From positions 1 to 52,385 of the IMG/VR virus record IMGVR_UViG_3300044691_000213: DNA of 52,385 bases; one strand, given 5' to 3'. The notes beneath the pieces are model-generated. The model made no database searches and was not told the origin of the DNA. It was given only the letters and a program-made list of their open reading frames with translations. Below are positions 26,401 through 35,700 of the stretch, piece by piece (positions within the stretch are counted from its first letter, which is position 1; every line of letters starts with the position of its first letter). A program made the translations under genes and the position numbers. The DNA is from a virus. Its lineage: Duplodnaviria; Caudoviricetes.

Positions 26401-26605
26401 CCGTGATGGCATGAACTTCTCGGCGCCCCCTGCCGCAGCGAATGCGGCCACGAGCCAGTCGGCGGGAGGCGACACTTACCACGTCACCGTCCAGGCGATC
26501 GACACTCAGGCCGGCGCGCAATTCATCCAGCAGCACGCCAGGACCATCGTCACGGCGCTGCGCGCCCAGGTTCGCAACGGCACGCCGCTTCCAGGGGTGC
26601 GGTAA
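23411..26605 (+). CDS. Tail tape measure protein
   Basis: 1064 aa, Ala/Gln-rich helical; lambda-like N-terminal region; GGAGG RBS. Confidence 0.93.
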   Translation: MSNLTLSLTANISDAQTKLAVLRSALTDVNATVRQQSAAYVEADNAARATMLPALQAVTAEQKNLQAGVNAATIAVKGHGEAHQGLFAKLQQNRAALQEVEHSIRASMDALAAGASPMKVASQELPRIIQAFTELNGVSLSTVLAMAGVAAGVIAVGGGLAALVIHAENVDEMFGKMQAAFEATGRGTEFTRAGAIVLIDALRSLHGVSTQNAEDMVQGFARIRTIGIGSFLDLGTAVAGYARVSGGDVKSAQETLTRALEGGYESVRKLDEQWQIFTPGQAEIARKFSDTGDKAGFMGVAISALKDKFGALIDTGLTPTQKASNDLGVAWNNLMHTFGQNSAINGARDAIARLLETMAGGINTDALETAKAKLTELQQIKTNSNPNNPLDAVFLPGIDRDIAKLQDFIALQEKAKAAAIPTGEAVPDAQQELTKQALDDYHKQTAAKAEQEKIENKIAEYQKAQQGTTGETFDALQHGIDALRVKMQSLKDAGGQTIVQQLQVELDQRIAKEQVFGAQAKALELKFWTDKLALIKTAADQANGEIEAGSRAAYQIQQKAFTLSQAVHSEEVAATKKEIAEKKQATEQWWRDYSTGMEQAIKQSAGNYDQMKALAKDWEDTGKILFGDHIAHFKSASDAILKIDAEEKAQLRKNAEKEAAFEAEQARHAQAMSQIQAKPDAGEFKVNAFDLVFSDGATKLQEQIQAQSDALTTGLRAELADLQSEMEAATTAGDSNRYQAALDKQVEAQARTTQQITALQARAATATEAAWEKALSPIDRAFSSSVQGILEGTQTTAQAMNKLAESIVMSFINAAEQDLVHWIAHELAKTTATTTGTATRKGVVAAGATSETVAENASGVAYAGVETAKTAAAVEGSTIRSTAATGEAAAGKAESAAAGSTSIMNDAYKAAAATYANVAEIPYVGWILAPVAAAGAFAAVAAYDVLSAEGGAWEINGTTPAVLHHQESVLPAAVAAPMRDFFSNGAAGALQLSVPQIRDGMNFSAPPAAANAATSQSAGGDTYHVTVQAIDTQAGAQFIQQHARTIVTALRAQVRNGTPLPGVR

Positions 26606-27246
26606 TGTCAACCGCCGTCTATCCCACCAACACCCAGTTGCCGGGCGTCACCTATACCGTCAAGCGCACGCCGCAAGTCCAGAGCCGGATTCAGATCTCG
26701 ATCAGCGGCAAGGAAACCCGGATCTCCGACTGGTCGTATCCGCGCTATAATTACGAGCTCCAATACGAGTTCCTGCGCACCGCCGCGGCTTTTCAGGAAT
26801 TGCAGCGCCTCGGGGCGTTCTACGTGGCGCGGCTCGGGCCGTTCGATTCCTTCCTGTTCAATGATGTTGACGACAATGGTGTGACCGGCCAGGTCATCGG
26901 CACGGGCGATGGGGTAGCGACCTCATTTCAACTGGTCCGCACCTATGGCCCCTCCGGCACCGTCGCGGTCGAGCCGATCTTCGCCCCGAATGTCGTCTCG
27001 GCCGTCAAGGTCAACGGCGTGCTGCAGACGGTCGATGTCGATTATGGCGTCGGCAATTGGGAGAACGGCGTCACGCCGAACGGCACGCTCGCCTTTTTCT
27101 CGGGCGCGCCTGCCGATGGCGCCGTCATTACCGCCGATTTCACCTTCTATTGGCCGTGCCGCTTCTCAGACGACACCCTCGATCTTGAGAAGTTCATGAA
27201 CGGGCTTTGGCAGGCAAAATCCGTCAAATTCATGAGTTTGAAGTGA
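26605..27246 (+). CDS. Distal tail protein (DUF2460, GTA-like)
   Basis: SGKETR...WSYPR..Y; F.ARLGPFDSFLF; IGTGDG...FQLVRTYG; TADFTFYWPCRF. Confidence 0.88.
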   Translation: MSTAVYPTNTQLPGVTYTVKRTPQVQSRIQISISGKETRISDWSYPRYNYELQYEFLRTAAAFQELQRLGAFYVARLGPFDSFLFNDVDDNGVTGQVIGTGDGVATSFQLVRTYGPSGTVAVEPIFAPNVVSAVKVNGVLQTVDVDYGVGNWENGVTPNGTLAFFSGAPADGAVITADFTFYWPCRFSDDTLDLEKFMNGLWQAKSVKFMSLK

Positions 27247-28601
27247 AGCCGATCTCAGACGCGCTCAAAGCGCTCCTGGCGACGCGCCAGTTCTATGCCG
27301 CCGACCTCTATACCTTCACGCTGGTCGGTGACGGCCCGGTCGCGCCATCGCCGCCGCCGCCGCCCTCACCACCGCCACCACCGCCGTCTCCTCCACCACC
27401 GCCACCACCGCCGTCTCCTCCACCACCGCCTGCTCCTGGTGGCAGCTATTACACGATCGGCCGCTACTGGTACGTCGCCACGACCGGCAATGATTCGACC
27501 GGCACCGGTACTGTGACCAATCCCTGGCGCACCATGCAGGGCGCGAACGATAGCGGCGTGCTACAGGCGGGCGACGCGGTCAATTATGCCGATGGCACCT
27601 ATACCCTGACCATCCAGACGAATCTCTCGGCCGGCGGCAACACCAACAGCCCGCTAGGCTACGTCGTCCATCGCGCAATCAATTCGCATGGCGCCAAGCT
27701 CGTGGCCGCGGGGTCGTTCTACGACATGATTGTCGCGACCGGAAACTACATTATCGTAGACGGCTTTGAGATCGACGGCAGCAACGAAGGGCTTTCGTCG
27801 AGCCCGGTGACTGCGGGGAGCGGCTTCGTCGGCCAGGGCCATCACATAATCGTCATAAACAACCTGATCCACGACTTTGGCGGGGCTGGAATAAGCTGCC
27901 TATATAAGGACTGGTACACGATCGACGGCAACACGGTACACGATTGCGCGAAGTTCAACGGGTTCCATGACTCTGGAATTGGCATCTACGAGCCGGCAGC
28001 GACGAGCTATACGCCTTCAGCCGCCGATATCGCCGCAGGTAGTCGTCACATCATCATCCAAAATAACACCTGCTATAATAACGCTGAAACCTACGTCCCG
28101 TTTAGCCTCCCGAGCAATCCTCACACGGACGGCAACGGCATTATTCTGGATGACTTCCAAAACACCCAGGGCAACAACCCATACGTATCGGTAAACACCA
28201 ACTATCCGTACAACAGTTATGTTTACAAAAACACCAGCTATAACAACGGCGGTCGGGGAGTTCACCTATTCTTTACTGACAACGTAACCGTCGACAGTAA
28301 CATTTGCTACACTAACAACCTCGACACGATTGTTACCGGCATCTGGCGCGGCGAATTGTCGAACGCCTTTGGCAACAATAACACTTGGACGAACAACAAA
28401 GCCACTTGTACCAGCACCACGAGCGGTGTCACGGCGAACAACACCGCCGTTCTCGACGGCAGTTCGTCGACTGTGAGCGTCACCTGGAACAACAACGCAA
28501 ACTACGATACCAGGACGGGCGCGCGCAGCTACAGCATAGACAACTCGGCGCGGAACGCCGCATTCCCCGGCGCCAACCCCCTAGGCGGACCCCTGCCGTG
28601 A
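27243..28601 (+). CDS. Chimeric protein: hub (DUF2163-like) N-terminal peptide + polyproline linker + right-handed beta-helix (putative depolymerase/adhesin)
   Basis: GTG start overlapping the upstream stop; MKPISDALKALLATRQFYAADLYTFTLVG, then a Pro tract, then WYVATTGND...PWRT...GD.V...GTY (DUF1565-like) and Asn-rich coils. Confidence 0.82.
   Translation: MKPISDALKALLATRQFYAADLYTFTLVGDGPVAPSPPPPPSPPPPPPSPPPPPPPPSPPPPPAPGGSYYTIGRYWYVATTGNDSTGTGTVTNPWRTMQGANDSGVLQAGDAVNYADGTYTLTIQTNLSAGGNTNSPLGYVVHRAINSHGAKLVAAGSFYDMIVATGNYIIVDGFEIDGSNEGLSSSPVTAGSGFVGQGHHIIVINNLIHDFGGAGISCLYKDWYTIDGNTVHDCAKFNGFHDSGIGIYEPAATSYTPSAADIAAGSRHIIIQNNTCYNNAETYVPFSLPSNPHTDGNGIILDDFQNTQGNNPYVSVNTNYPYNSYVYKNTSYNNGGRGVHLFFTDNVTVDSNICYTNNLDTIVTGIWRGELSNAFGNNNTWTNNKATCTSTTSGVTANNTAVLDGSSSTVSVTWNNNANYDTRTGARSYSIDNSARNAAFPGANPLGGPLP
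27345..27437 (+). repeat. CCN triplet tract encoding a (S)PPPPP linker
   Basis: ccgccgccg/ccaccaccg tandem units. Confidence 0.9.
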
Positions 28602-28615
28602 TCCGGAGGCAATAG

Positions 28616-29428
28616 ATGGCGACGCTCTATTATTGCTCCGGCGACCGGGACATCACTGTTGACGGCATTACCTACCTGTGCGGCAAGAGCCTGACGGGTG
28701 GTCAGGGCGGCCCGTTCTTCGGCGTCAATACCAAGTTCGCGCTACATCAGAAAATCGGGCTCGAAACCGACACCATCACGTTCGATGTCATCCCCGGCGA
28801 CGGCCAGGTCTTCGGCGAGCCATTTCTGAGCGCATGCCAGGACGGCACTTTCGACGGCGCCACGGTCCAGATCGATCGGGCCTTCATGCCGACCTATGGC
28901 AATGTCGCGGCCGGGATCGTCAATGTCTTCACCGGGCGGGTGGGTGAAGTGGATGCCGGTCGGTCGGTCGCGACCTTCATGGCGAATTCCTGGATGGAAC
29001 TGCTCAATCAGGTATTGCCGCGCAATGTCTATCAGGCGAGCTGCGTGAACAATCTCGGCGATAATATGTGCGGCGTGCATCTGGAATCCTACGCGCAGAA
29101 CTTCACGATTCTGGCGGGATCGACCAAGGCAGTCCTGTTGATCGGCAGCACGGCGGGCAGCGGAGCGCCATACCAGCTTGGCAAGGTCATTGTGCAGACC
29201 GGCTTGCTCGCTGGCCTCTCGCGCTCGGTTCGGGCCTGTGCGTTTTCCGGAGGTACGGGAACGGTCACCCTGTTGGGACCGCTGCCGTCCGCGCCAGCAG
29301 TGGGCGATTCCGTCCGGCTTTACTACGGCTGCGACAAGAGCCAGGGCGCGCAGGGCTGTCCGAAATTCGCCAATATCGCGAATTTCAGGGGATTTCCGTA
29401 TATTCCTCAGCCCGTTACGGCCGTGTAA
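28616..29428 (+). CDS. Tail hub protein (DUF2163 / BR0599-type C-terminus) lacking its usual N-terminal ~30 aa
   Basis: GGAGG RBS; TLYYCSGDRDI...GTFDGATV...FTGRV...YQASC...LGDNMCGV...GCDKS...C.KFANIANFRGFPYIP. Confidence 0.88.
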   Translation: MATLYYCSGDRDITVDGITYLCGKSLTGGQGGPFFGVNTKFALHQKIGLETDTITFDVIPGDGQVFGEPFLSACQDGTFDGATVQIDRAFMPTYGNVAAGIVNVFTGRVGEVDAGRSVATFMANSWMELLNQVLPRNVYQASCVNNLGDNMCGVHLESYAQNFTILAGSTKAVLLIGSTAGSGAPYQLGKVIVQTGLLAGLSRSVRACAFSGGTGTVTLLGPLPSAPAVGDSVRLYYGCDKSQGAQGCPKFANIANFRGFPYIPQPVTAV

Positions 29429-29429
29429 A

Positions 29430-29927
29430 ATGCCGACCGAAAGCGAAATCGCCATCGAGCGCGCCGCCGTTGTGGCCGAGGCAGAGGCGTGGCTTGGGAC
29501 GCCGTTTCACCATGAGGCCAGAGTCAAGGGGGCCGGAGTTGACTGCGCTCAACTCCTGGCCGGCGTCTACCATAATGCCGGGCTCATCCCGAACCTGAAT
29601 ATCTCGCACTACCCGCACGACTGGCACATGCACCGGGATGCCGAGCGCTATCTGGCGACGGTGTTTCAATATGCCGTCGAAGTGCAGGGCCTTGAAGACC
29701 GAACTCCGTTGCCGGGCGATATCGTCGTCTTCCGCTTCGGCCGCACCTTCTCGCATGGCGCGATCGTCACCGCCTGGCCGATGGTCATCCATGCCTATGT
29801 CGGCAAAGCGGTTTCGGCTGAGGACGTTTCGACCAGCGCCTATTTGCAGACGATCGGCGAGAACACCGCCGACAAGGGCCATCCAAGGCCCATGCGCGTC
29901 TTCATTTTGAAGCGGTGGGCCGAATAA
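29430..29927 (+). CDS. NlpC/P60 tail-associated peptidase
   Basis: WLGTPFHH...GVDCAQL...PGDIVVF...SHGAI...IHA. Confidence 0.92.
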   Translation: MPTESEIAIERAAVVAEAEAWLGTPFHHEARVKGAGVDCAQLLAGVYHNAGLIPNLNISHYPHDWHMHRDAERYLATVFQYAVEVQGLEDRTPLPGDIVVFRFGRTFSHGAIVTAWPMVIHAYVGKAVSAEDVSTSAYLQTIGENTADKGHPRPMRVFILKRWAE

Positions 29928-32785
29928 TGGCAGGCATCTTCGGCTCCTCTTCGCAATCCACCCAAACCCCAGCGGTCAGCGGCTTCAACGTCCAGACCTC
30001 GGCCTATGGCAAGTGCATCCCGATCGTTTTCGGCTTTACGCGCCTCGCGCCAAATCTGCTGTGGTATGCGAATTTCCAGGCCCACGCCCATCAGCAGAAG
30101 GTCGGCAAGGGCGGCGGCGGGTGTTTCCTCGGCCGCGTTACTGTCGCCACCCCGCAAGGCCCGCGCCCGATCGGCGAGATGGCCGAGGGTGACGAGATCT
30201 ATTGCCGCAATCCCCTCACTGGCGAGCGGGAAATCGGCCAGGTCGTCGGCACCTCGATTCATCGGCTCGGCGACACGCCCAATCGGTTGGTCAAGATCTC
30301 ATACGAAGGAGATCGCGTCCTCGACGGCATCACCGACAATCACCATGTCTGGCTCGATCCGCAGAATTACAGCGAGGCCGGCGGTCTGACGGCCGATCAT
30401 CTGTTGGAGATGGTCGACGGTTCCATGGCGCGGGTAAGCGGCATCGAAGATATCGCGTCGGACCCGGATGATCTCGTCCATAATTTGGTTGTGCTGCCCT
30501 GGCACAACTATTTCGCCGATGGCGTGCTGGTGCATAATGGCGGCGGCGGCAAGGGGCCGGTCTCCTATACATATACCGTCGACCTGATCCTCGGAATCTG
30601 CGAAGGCCCGCTTTCCACTGGAGCGGCCGACTCCCCTCTCTGGGTCGGCAAGACGAAGACAACCGCCGCCGCGCAGGGCATGTCGTATATCGACGGCGTC
30701 TGGCCCTATCTCGCCACCAAATATCCGTCGCAGGCACTGGGCTACAACTCCGTTACGCTGCTAGTGGGGGCGAGCTATAATCTCGGAAATAACACGCAGT
30801 TGCCGAACTTCAATGTTGAAGTTGGCTTTACGTCATTGGGCGAGATTGCCAATGGGGACGAATTTCCGCACCTGATAGCACTTGAACTTCTGGGTAACTT
30901 TCAATATGGGCTGGATCTTGGCTATTACGGCGATTCATCTTCCGTGGTTGGAAGCTGGTATTTCTATCGGGATGGGTCCGGCTCATTTGTCTGGGATACA
31001 TATTACAACTATATTGTCGCCTCCGGCCTGTTCATGTCGGTTGCCTATACCAACCAAGTTCCTGCGGCGCAAATGCTGCAGGAGATCGCGACCTTCACCA
31101 ACAGCGAATGGGTCTGGTCGAACGGCAAGTTGTTCCCCGTTCCCCGCGGAACGGTGTCGCTCTCGGCCACATTTCCCGATCCATCGCTCGACGTTACCTA
31201 CACGCCGCCGACGCCCGTATTCGATCTGACCGACGATGATTTCCTGCTGAACGTCTCCGGCAGCACGACATCGACCTCGAATGACCCGATCATCGTCTCG
31301 CGCAAGCGCGTCTCGGATCAGAACAACGTCGTCACGCTGGAATGGCTCGACCGCAGCAATGAATATGCGCCGGCCATCGCGGAAGCCTCCGACCAGGCAC
31401 TGATTGATGTCTACGGACGGCGCACGACCGGCACGCAGCAGGCGCATCTGTTCGCGACCGCTTCTTGCGCGAACAATTCCGTGCAACTCCTTCTCCAAAA
31501 GGAATATGTCAGGAACACCTACAGCTTCACGCTCGATGCCCGCTATGTCGTGCTCGACCCGATGGATATCGTCACGCTGACGGACGCCGCGCTCCGGCTG
31601 GATCACGCCTGGGCGCGCATCACCGAAATGACGGAACAGACGGACGGCACGATCGCGTTTCTCGCCGAGGAAGTTCCCGAGGGCGGCGGCCAGCCGGCGC
31701 TCTATAGCTTCGCGACCGGCCAGGGGTTCAGCCCGAACTATGGCGCCGATCCGGGCATGGTCAACACGCCGATCATCTTCGCCGCCCCGACGCAATTGAC
31801 CGGCGGCGATCTGGAGGTGTGGGGGGCGGTCTCGGGCGCCAGCGCCAATTGGGGCGGCGCCAATATCTGGATCTCGCTTGACGGCGGCTCAAGCTATACC
31901 TTCATCGGCACGCAAACCGGCTCGGCGCGGATGGGCGTGCTCAATACGCTCCTGCCGGTCATGGCTGATCCCGATATCACCGACACACCGACCGTCGATC
32001 TCACGGAATCGTTCGGCGAACTCTTCTCGGTCTCCCAACCCGAAGCCGACCAAGCGCTGACGCTCTCGATCGTTGATGGCGAGTTGTTCGCCTATGAGAC
32101 GGCAACCCTGACGGCACCCTATACCTACCAACTGTCCTATCTGCGTCGCGCGCTCTACGGCACGATCCAGGCGACCCATGTTTCGGCACCGTTCGCGCGG
32201 CTCGACAACCAGATCTTCAAGTACCCCTACAAGTCGAGTCAGATCGGCCAGACCGTCTTCCTTAAATTCACCTCGTTCAACATCTATCAGGAAGCCGAGC
32301 AGAGCTTGGCCGATGTCGTGGCCTATCCTTACGTGATCGGCACGGCGCCGGATTCCAATCGCTTCACCCTGGCACAAGCATCCTCGCCAGATTGGCCCGG
32401 CACGCTCTCCGGGTTCCTCAAGACCTGGGACGGCATCCTGGTGCCCGACAGCACCCTAGGCGCCAACGCCCACACCAACGCGCAATTGTTCACGCAGTTC
32501 GTGCCGTTCCCCGTGTCGAGCCCGACCTATCAGGGGCCGGCGTTCGATATCGGGATTTCGGAGCCGGTCAACGTGACGATCCGGCCGGCGGCGTCTGCGC
32601 CGAATGGCGGCGTCGCGGTCAATGCGACGGCCCTTGATCACTGGTCGACCGGATCTGACCCGAATACCTTCGCCGCGTTCTCGACCGGCAGCATCACGGG
32701 GCGGTATTTCCGCGCCCAGATCACGCAGGACACCTCGGTTGCGCCGTCCTATGTGACCGCGCTCGCCCTCAACATCTTCAATTAG
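29927..32785 (+). CDS. Tail tip/host-specificity protein (Phage-tail_3, GTA g15-like) containing a Hint domain
   Basis: QTSAYGKCIPIVFG; LGICEGP; LPNFNVEV; YVVLDPMDIV; LRRALYGT; LKFTSFN. Confidence 0.9.
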   Translation: MAGIFGSSSQSTQTPAVSGFNVQTSAYGKCIPIVFGFTRLAPNLLWYANFQAHAHQQKVGKGGGGCFLGRVTVATPQGPRPIGEMAEGDEIYCRNPLTGEREIGQVVGTSIHRLGDTPNRLVKISYEGDRVLDGITDNHHVWLDPQNYSEAGGLTADHLLEMVDGSMARVSGIEDIASDPDDLVHNLVVLPWHNYFADGVLVHNGGGGKGPVSYTYTVDLILGICEGPLSTGAADSPLWVGKTKTTAAAQGMSYIDGVWPYLATKYPSQALGYNSVTLLVGASYNLGNNTQLPNFNVEVGFTSLGEIANGDEFPHLIALELLGNFQYGLDLGYYGDSSSVVGSWYFYRDGSGSFVWDTYYNYIVASGLFMSVAYTNQVPAAQMLQEIATFTNSEWVWSNGKLFPVPRGTVSLSATFPDPSLDVTYTPPTPVFDLTDDDFLLNVSGSTTSTSNDPIIVSRKRVSDQNNVVTLEWLDRSNEYAPAIAEASDQALIDVYGRRTTGTQQAHLFATASCANNSVQLLLQKEYVRNTYSFTLDARYVVLDPMDIVTLTDAALRLDHAWARITEMTEQTDGTIAFLAEEVPEGGGQPALYSFATGQGFSPNYGADPGMVNTPIIFAAPTQLTGGDLEVWGAVSGASANWGGANIWISLDGGSSYTFIGTQTGSARMGVLNTLLPVMADPDITDTPTVDLTESFGELFSVSQPEADQALTLSIVDGELFAYETATLTAPYTYQLSYLRRALYGTIQATHVSAPFARLDNQIFKYPYKSSQIGQTVFLKFTSFNIYQEAEQSLADVVAYPYVIGTAPDSNRFTLAQASSPDWPGTLSGFLKTWDGILVPDSTLGANAHTNAQLFTQFVPFPVSSPTYQGPAFDIGISEPVNVTIRPAASAPNGGVAVNATALDHWSTGSDPNTFAAFSTGSITGRYFRAQITQDTSVAPSYVTALALNIFN
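30122..30538 (+). other. Hint domain (mini-intein/BIL-like, 139 aa, no endonuclease)
   Basis: Block A CFLGRVTVATPQGPRPI, block B ITDNHHVW, block F/G VHNLVV..HNYFADGVLVHN; the next residue is Gly. Confidence 0.9.
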
Positions 32786-32793
32786 GTGACAGA

Positions 32794-35700
32794 ATGGCCG
32801 TAGGGACCTTTCTACAGTCGAACTATGCCACCCTCTCGGGTTCGGCCTATCCGCTCGCGATCGATGCGAGTTTCGCCGTCTCGAAACGGTTCATTGACGC
32901 CTTCGCGCCGCACGAGGCCGCATCGCCGAACATGACGGTCCTGCTCGATGCAGGGCACGTCTACAACGTCTCGACAAACGCCCTGACCGAAGTCGCACAG
33001 CAGACGACCTCGACCATTACGGCGCCAGTCACGCATCCGCGGATCGACCGGATCGTGGTCGATGCCGGCACGGGCGTCTATACGCGGGTCGGGGGAACCG
33101 AGGCGACCAGCCCCGTTGCGCCCGCGATCCCGGCCGGCAAGATCCCCGTCTGCCAGATCCTTCTTCAGACGACCTCGACCACCATCACGAATTCGATTCT
33201 GACGGACGAGCGCGCGTTGTGGATGAACGGGTCTCTCGCCAACCCGATGACGACAGCGGCCGATCTCATCGTTGGCGGCAGCGGCGGAGCGCCTGCGCGT
33301 CTCGCCGTTGGATCGAACGGGCAGGCGCTGATCGTCTCCGGCGGCGCAATTGCCTGGGGTATTCCGGCGCTCGCCGCGATTGCTGACGGCGATGTGCTGG
33401 CGAATACGAGCGGCGGCTCGGCCGCTCCGGTCGCCACCACGATCTCCACCGTGATCGATCATGCGCTGGGCAATACTCAGGGCGATGTACTCTACAGGAA
33501 TTCGTCGGGCTGGGTGGTGCTGGCTCCGGGAACCTCGGGCCAAGTCCTGACGACGGGCGGCACTTCCGCCAATCCTTCCTGGACGACCGTATCGGGCGGT
33601 GGTGGCAGCGGCACCGTCACCAGCGTGGGCGTGTCCTCGACCGATCTCAGCGTATCGGGTTCGCCGGTCACCACCTCCGGCTCGATCACGCTCAACGTCA
33701 ACAGCAATGCCATCACGAACGCCAAGCTGGCGCAGATGGCGGCCCACACCTACAAGGGCAACAACACCGGCTCGACCGCGAACGCCATCGACCTGACGGC
33801 AACGCAATTGACGGCCGAACTGAACGCAGTGGTCGGCGATACCGGCTCGGGTGGCACGAAGGGCATGGTTCCGGCACCAGGCTCTGGCGACGCCTCCGCC
33901 GGCAAATTCTTAAAGGCGGATGGCACCTGGGAAATTCCGCCCGGCGGTGGCGGCGGCGGCGGCTCCGTTACGAGCGTGGGCGTGTCCTCAACGGACTTCA
34001 GCGTGTCGGGCTCCCCGATCACCAGTTCTGGCTCGATCACGCTCAACCTGAACACCACGGGCGTTACCGCCAGCACCTATAAGTCCGTGACGGTCAACAC
34101 CAAAGGACAAGTCACCGCCGGTACGAACCCGACGACCTTGTCCGATTACGGGATTACCGACGCCCTGGCTCTGGCGGGCGGCGCGATGTCCGGCGCTATC
34201 GCCATGGGCACTTTTGGGATTACAGGGCTCGCAACGCCTGTCAATCCGGCCGACGCCGCAACCAAAGCCTATGTGGACGGGGTGACTTCTGGGCTTAGCA
34301 TACGCGATAGCTGCGCCGCCGCGACGAATGGCGCGCTTCCGAACACGCCCATCTACAGTAACGGCTCGTCCGGTGTCGGCGCTACGCTAACGGGTGTGGG
34401 TTTTGCGGCGCTTGTCGTCGACGGCTACACAGCGGCGGTGAACGACCGTATCCTGGTCAAGGACCAAGTGACCGCCGCGAACAACGGCATATACACGGTT
34501 ACGGTCGCGGGCAGCGGCGCGGCCGTATACGTGCTGACGCGCGCAACCGACTGCAACTTCGCTAGCAACATATTCTCTGGGATATTCACCTTCATCGAAC
34601 AGGGCACCGCCAATACGGGCGCGGGCTTCACCTTGACCACGGCCGGCGCTATCACGGTCGGTACGACGGGGCTAACCTTTACGCAGTTCAGCGGCGCCGG
34701 AGAGATTACGGCCGGCACGGGGCTTGCCAAGAGCGGCAACACTCTGTCCCTCGCGACGATCGCCAACCATGACGTGCTCGCCAACACGAGCGGCGGCACG
34801 GCGGCGCCCGTCGCTACAACGCTCACCGCACTGATCGACGACGCGATTGGGTCCACGCAGGGGGCTATCCTCTACCGCAACTCGTCGAGTTGGGTCGTTT
34901 TGGCGCCAGGCACAAGCGGCCAGGTTCTCCAGACAGGCGGCGCTTCCGCCAATCCGTCCTGGACGGCGGCCGGAGGCGGTTCGGGCACCGACATCCAGGA
35001 GTTCACCTCCAGCGGCACCTGGACAAAGCCGGCCAGCGCGACATCGACATCCTCTATCGAAGTCATATGCGTCGGCGCGGGCGGCGGCGGCGGGGGCGGA
35101 GCTGGTGGCGCTACGGGCACCTCCCGCATCGGCGGCGGCGCCGGGGGTGGAGGCGTCCGGATAACACGAGTATTCAAGGCGGCCGATCTCGGTTCCACCG
35201 AAACGATAACTGTCGGCGCGGGCGGCACTTCCGGGACGGCCGGCTCTTCCGGGGTTGGCTCCGCGGGCGGCGCGGGCGGCAACAGCAGCGTCGGCTCGAA
35301 GCTGACCGCCTACGGCGGCGGCGGCGGCGGCGGCGGTGCTGCCACCGGCACGTCGGGAAGCGGCGGCGGCGGCGGGGGCACGGGTGGTGCTGGGGGAACA
35401 GGCTCCGCGACAACTACCATCTCCGGCGGCCTCCCGGCGTCTGCGGCGAACGCTGACGGTATAAGCGGGCAGGGTGGTGGTAGCAGTTCCTCGCAGTCGG
35501 CAAAACGAGGGGAGTTCGGCGGCGGCGGAGGAGGCGGCTGCTTGTCGAGCGGTTCACCTCTTGTGGGCGGAGACAGCCTGTACGGCGGCGGCGGCGGCGG
35601 TGGTGGCGGTGGCGTTAGCACAGGCAACGGCGCCTCGACCGGTGCGGCTGGCGGCGGCGTACAGACCTACAGTTCTGGCAACGGCGGGGCCGGCGGCGCC

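Noticed and set aside
27336-28615. Self-splicing intron, IS element or ribosomal bypass restoring a continuous hub
   Set aside because: The insert is an in-frame beta-helix ORF with no transposase, maturase, terminal repeats or recognisable intron core, and the downstream hub part has its own RBS and ATG. Not formally excluded without RT-PCR.
26605-32785. Gene transfer agent cluster
   Set aside because: The tail-tip genes are GTA-like, but the element has its own repressor, replication, integrase and HNH/terminase module, so it is a bona fide temperate phage.
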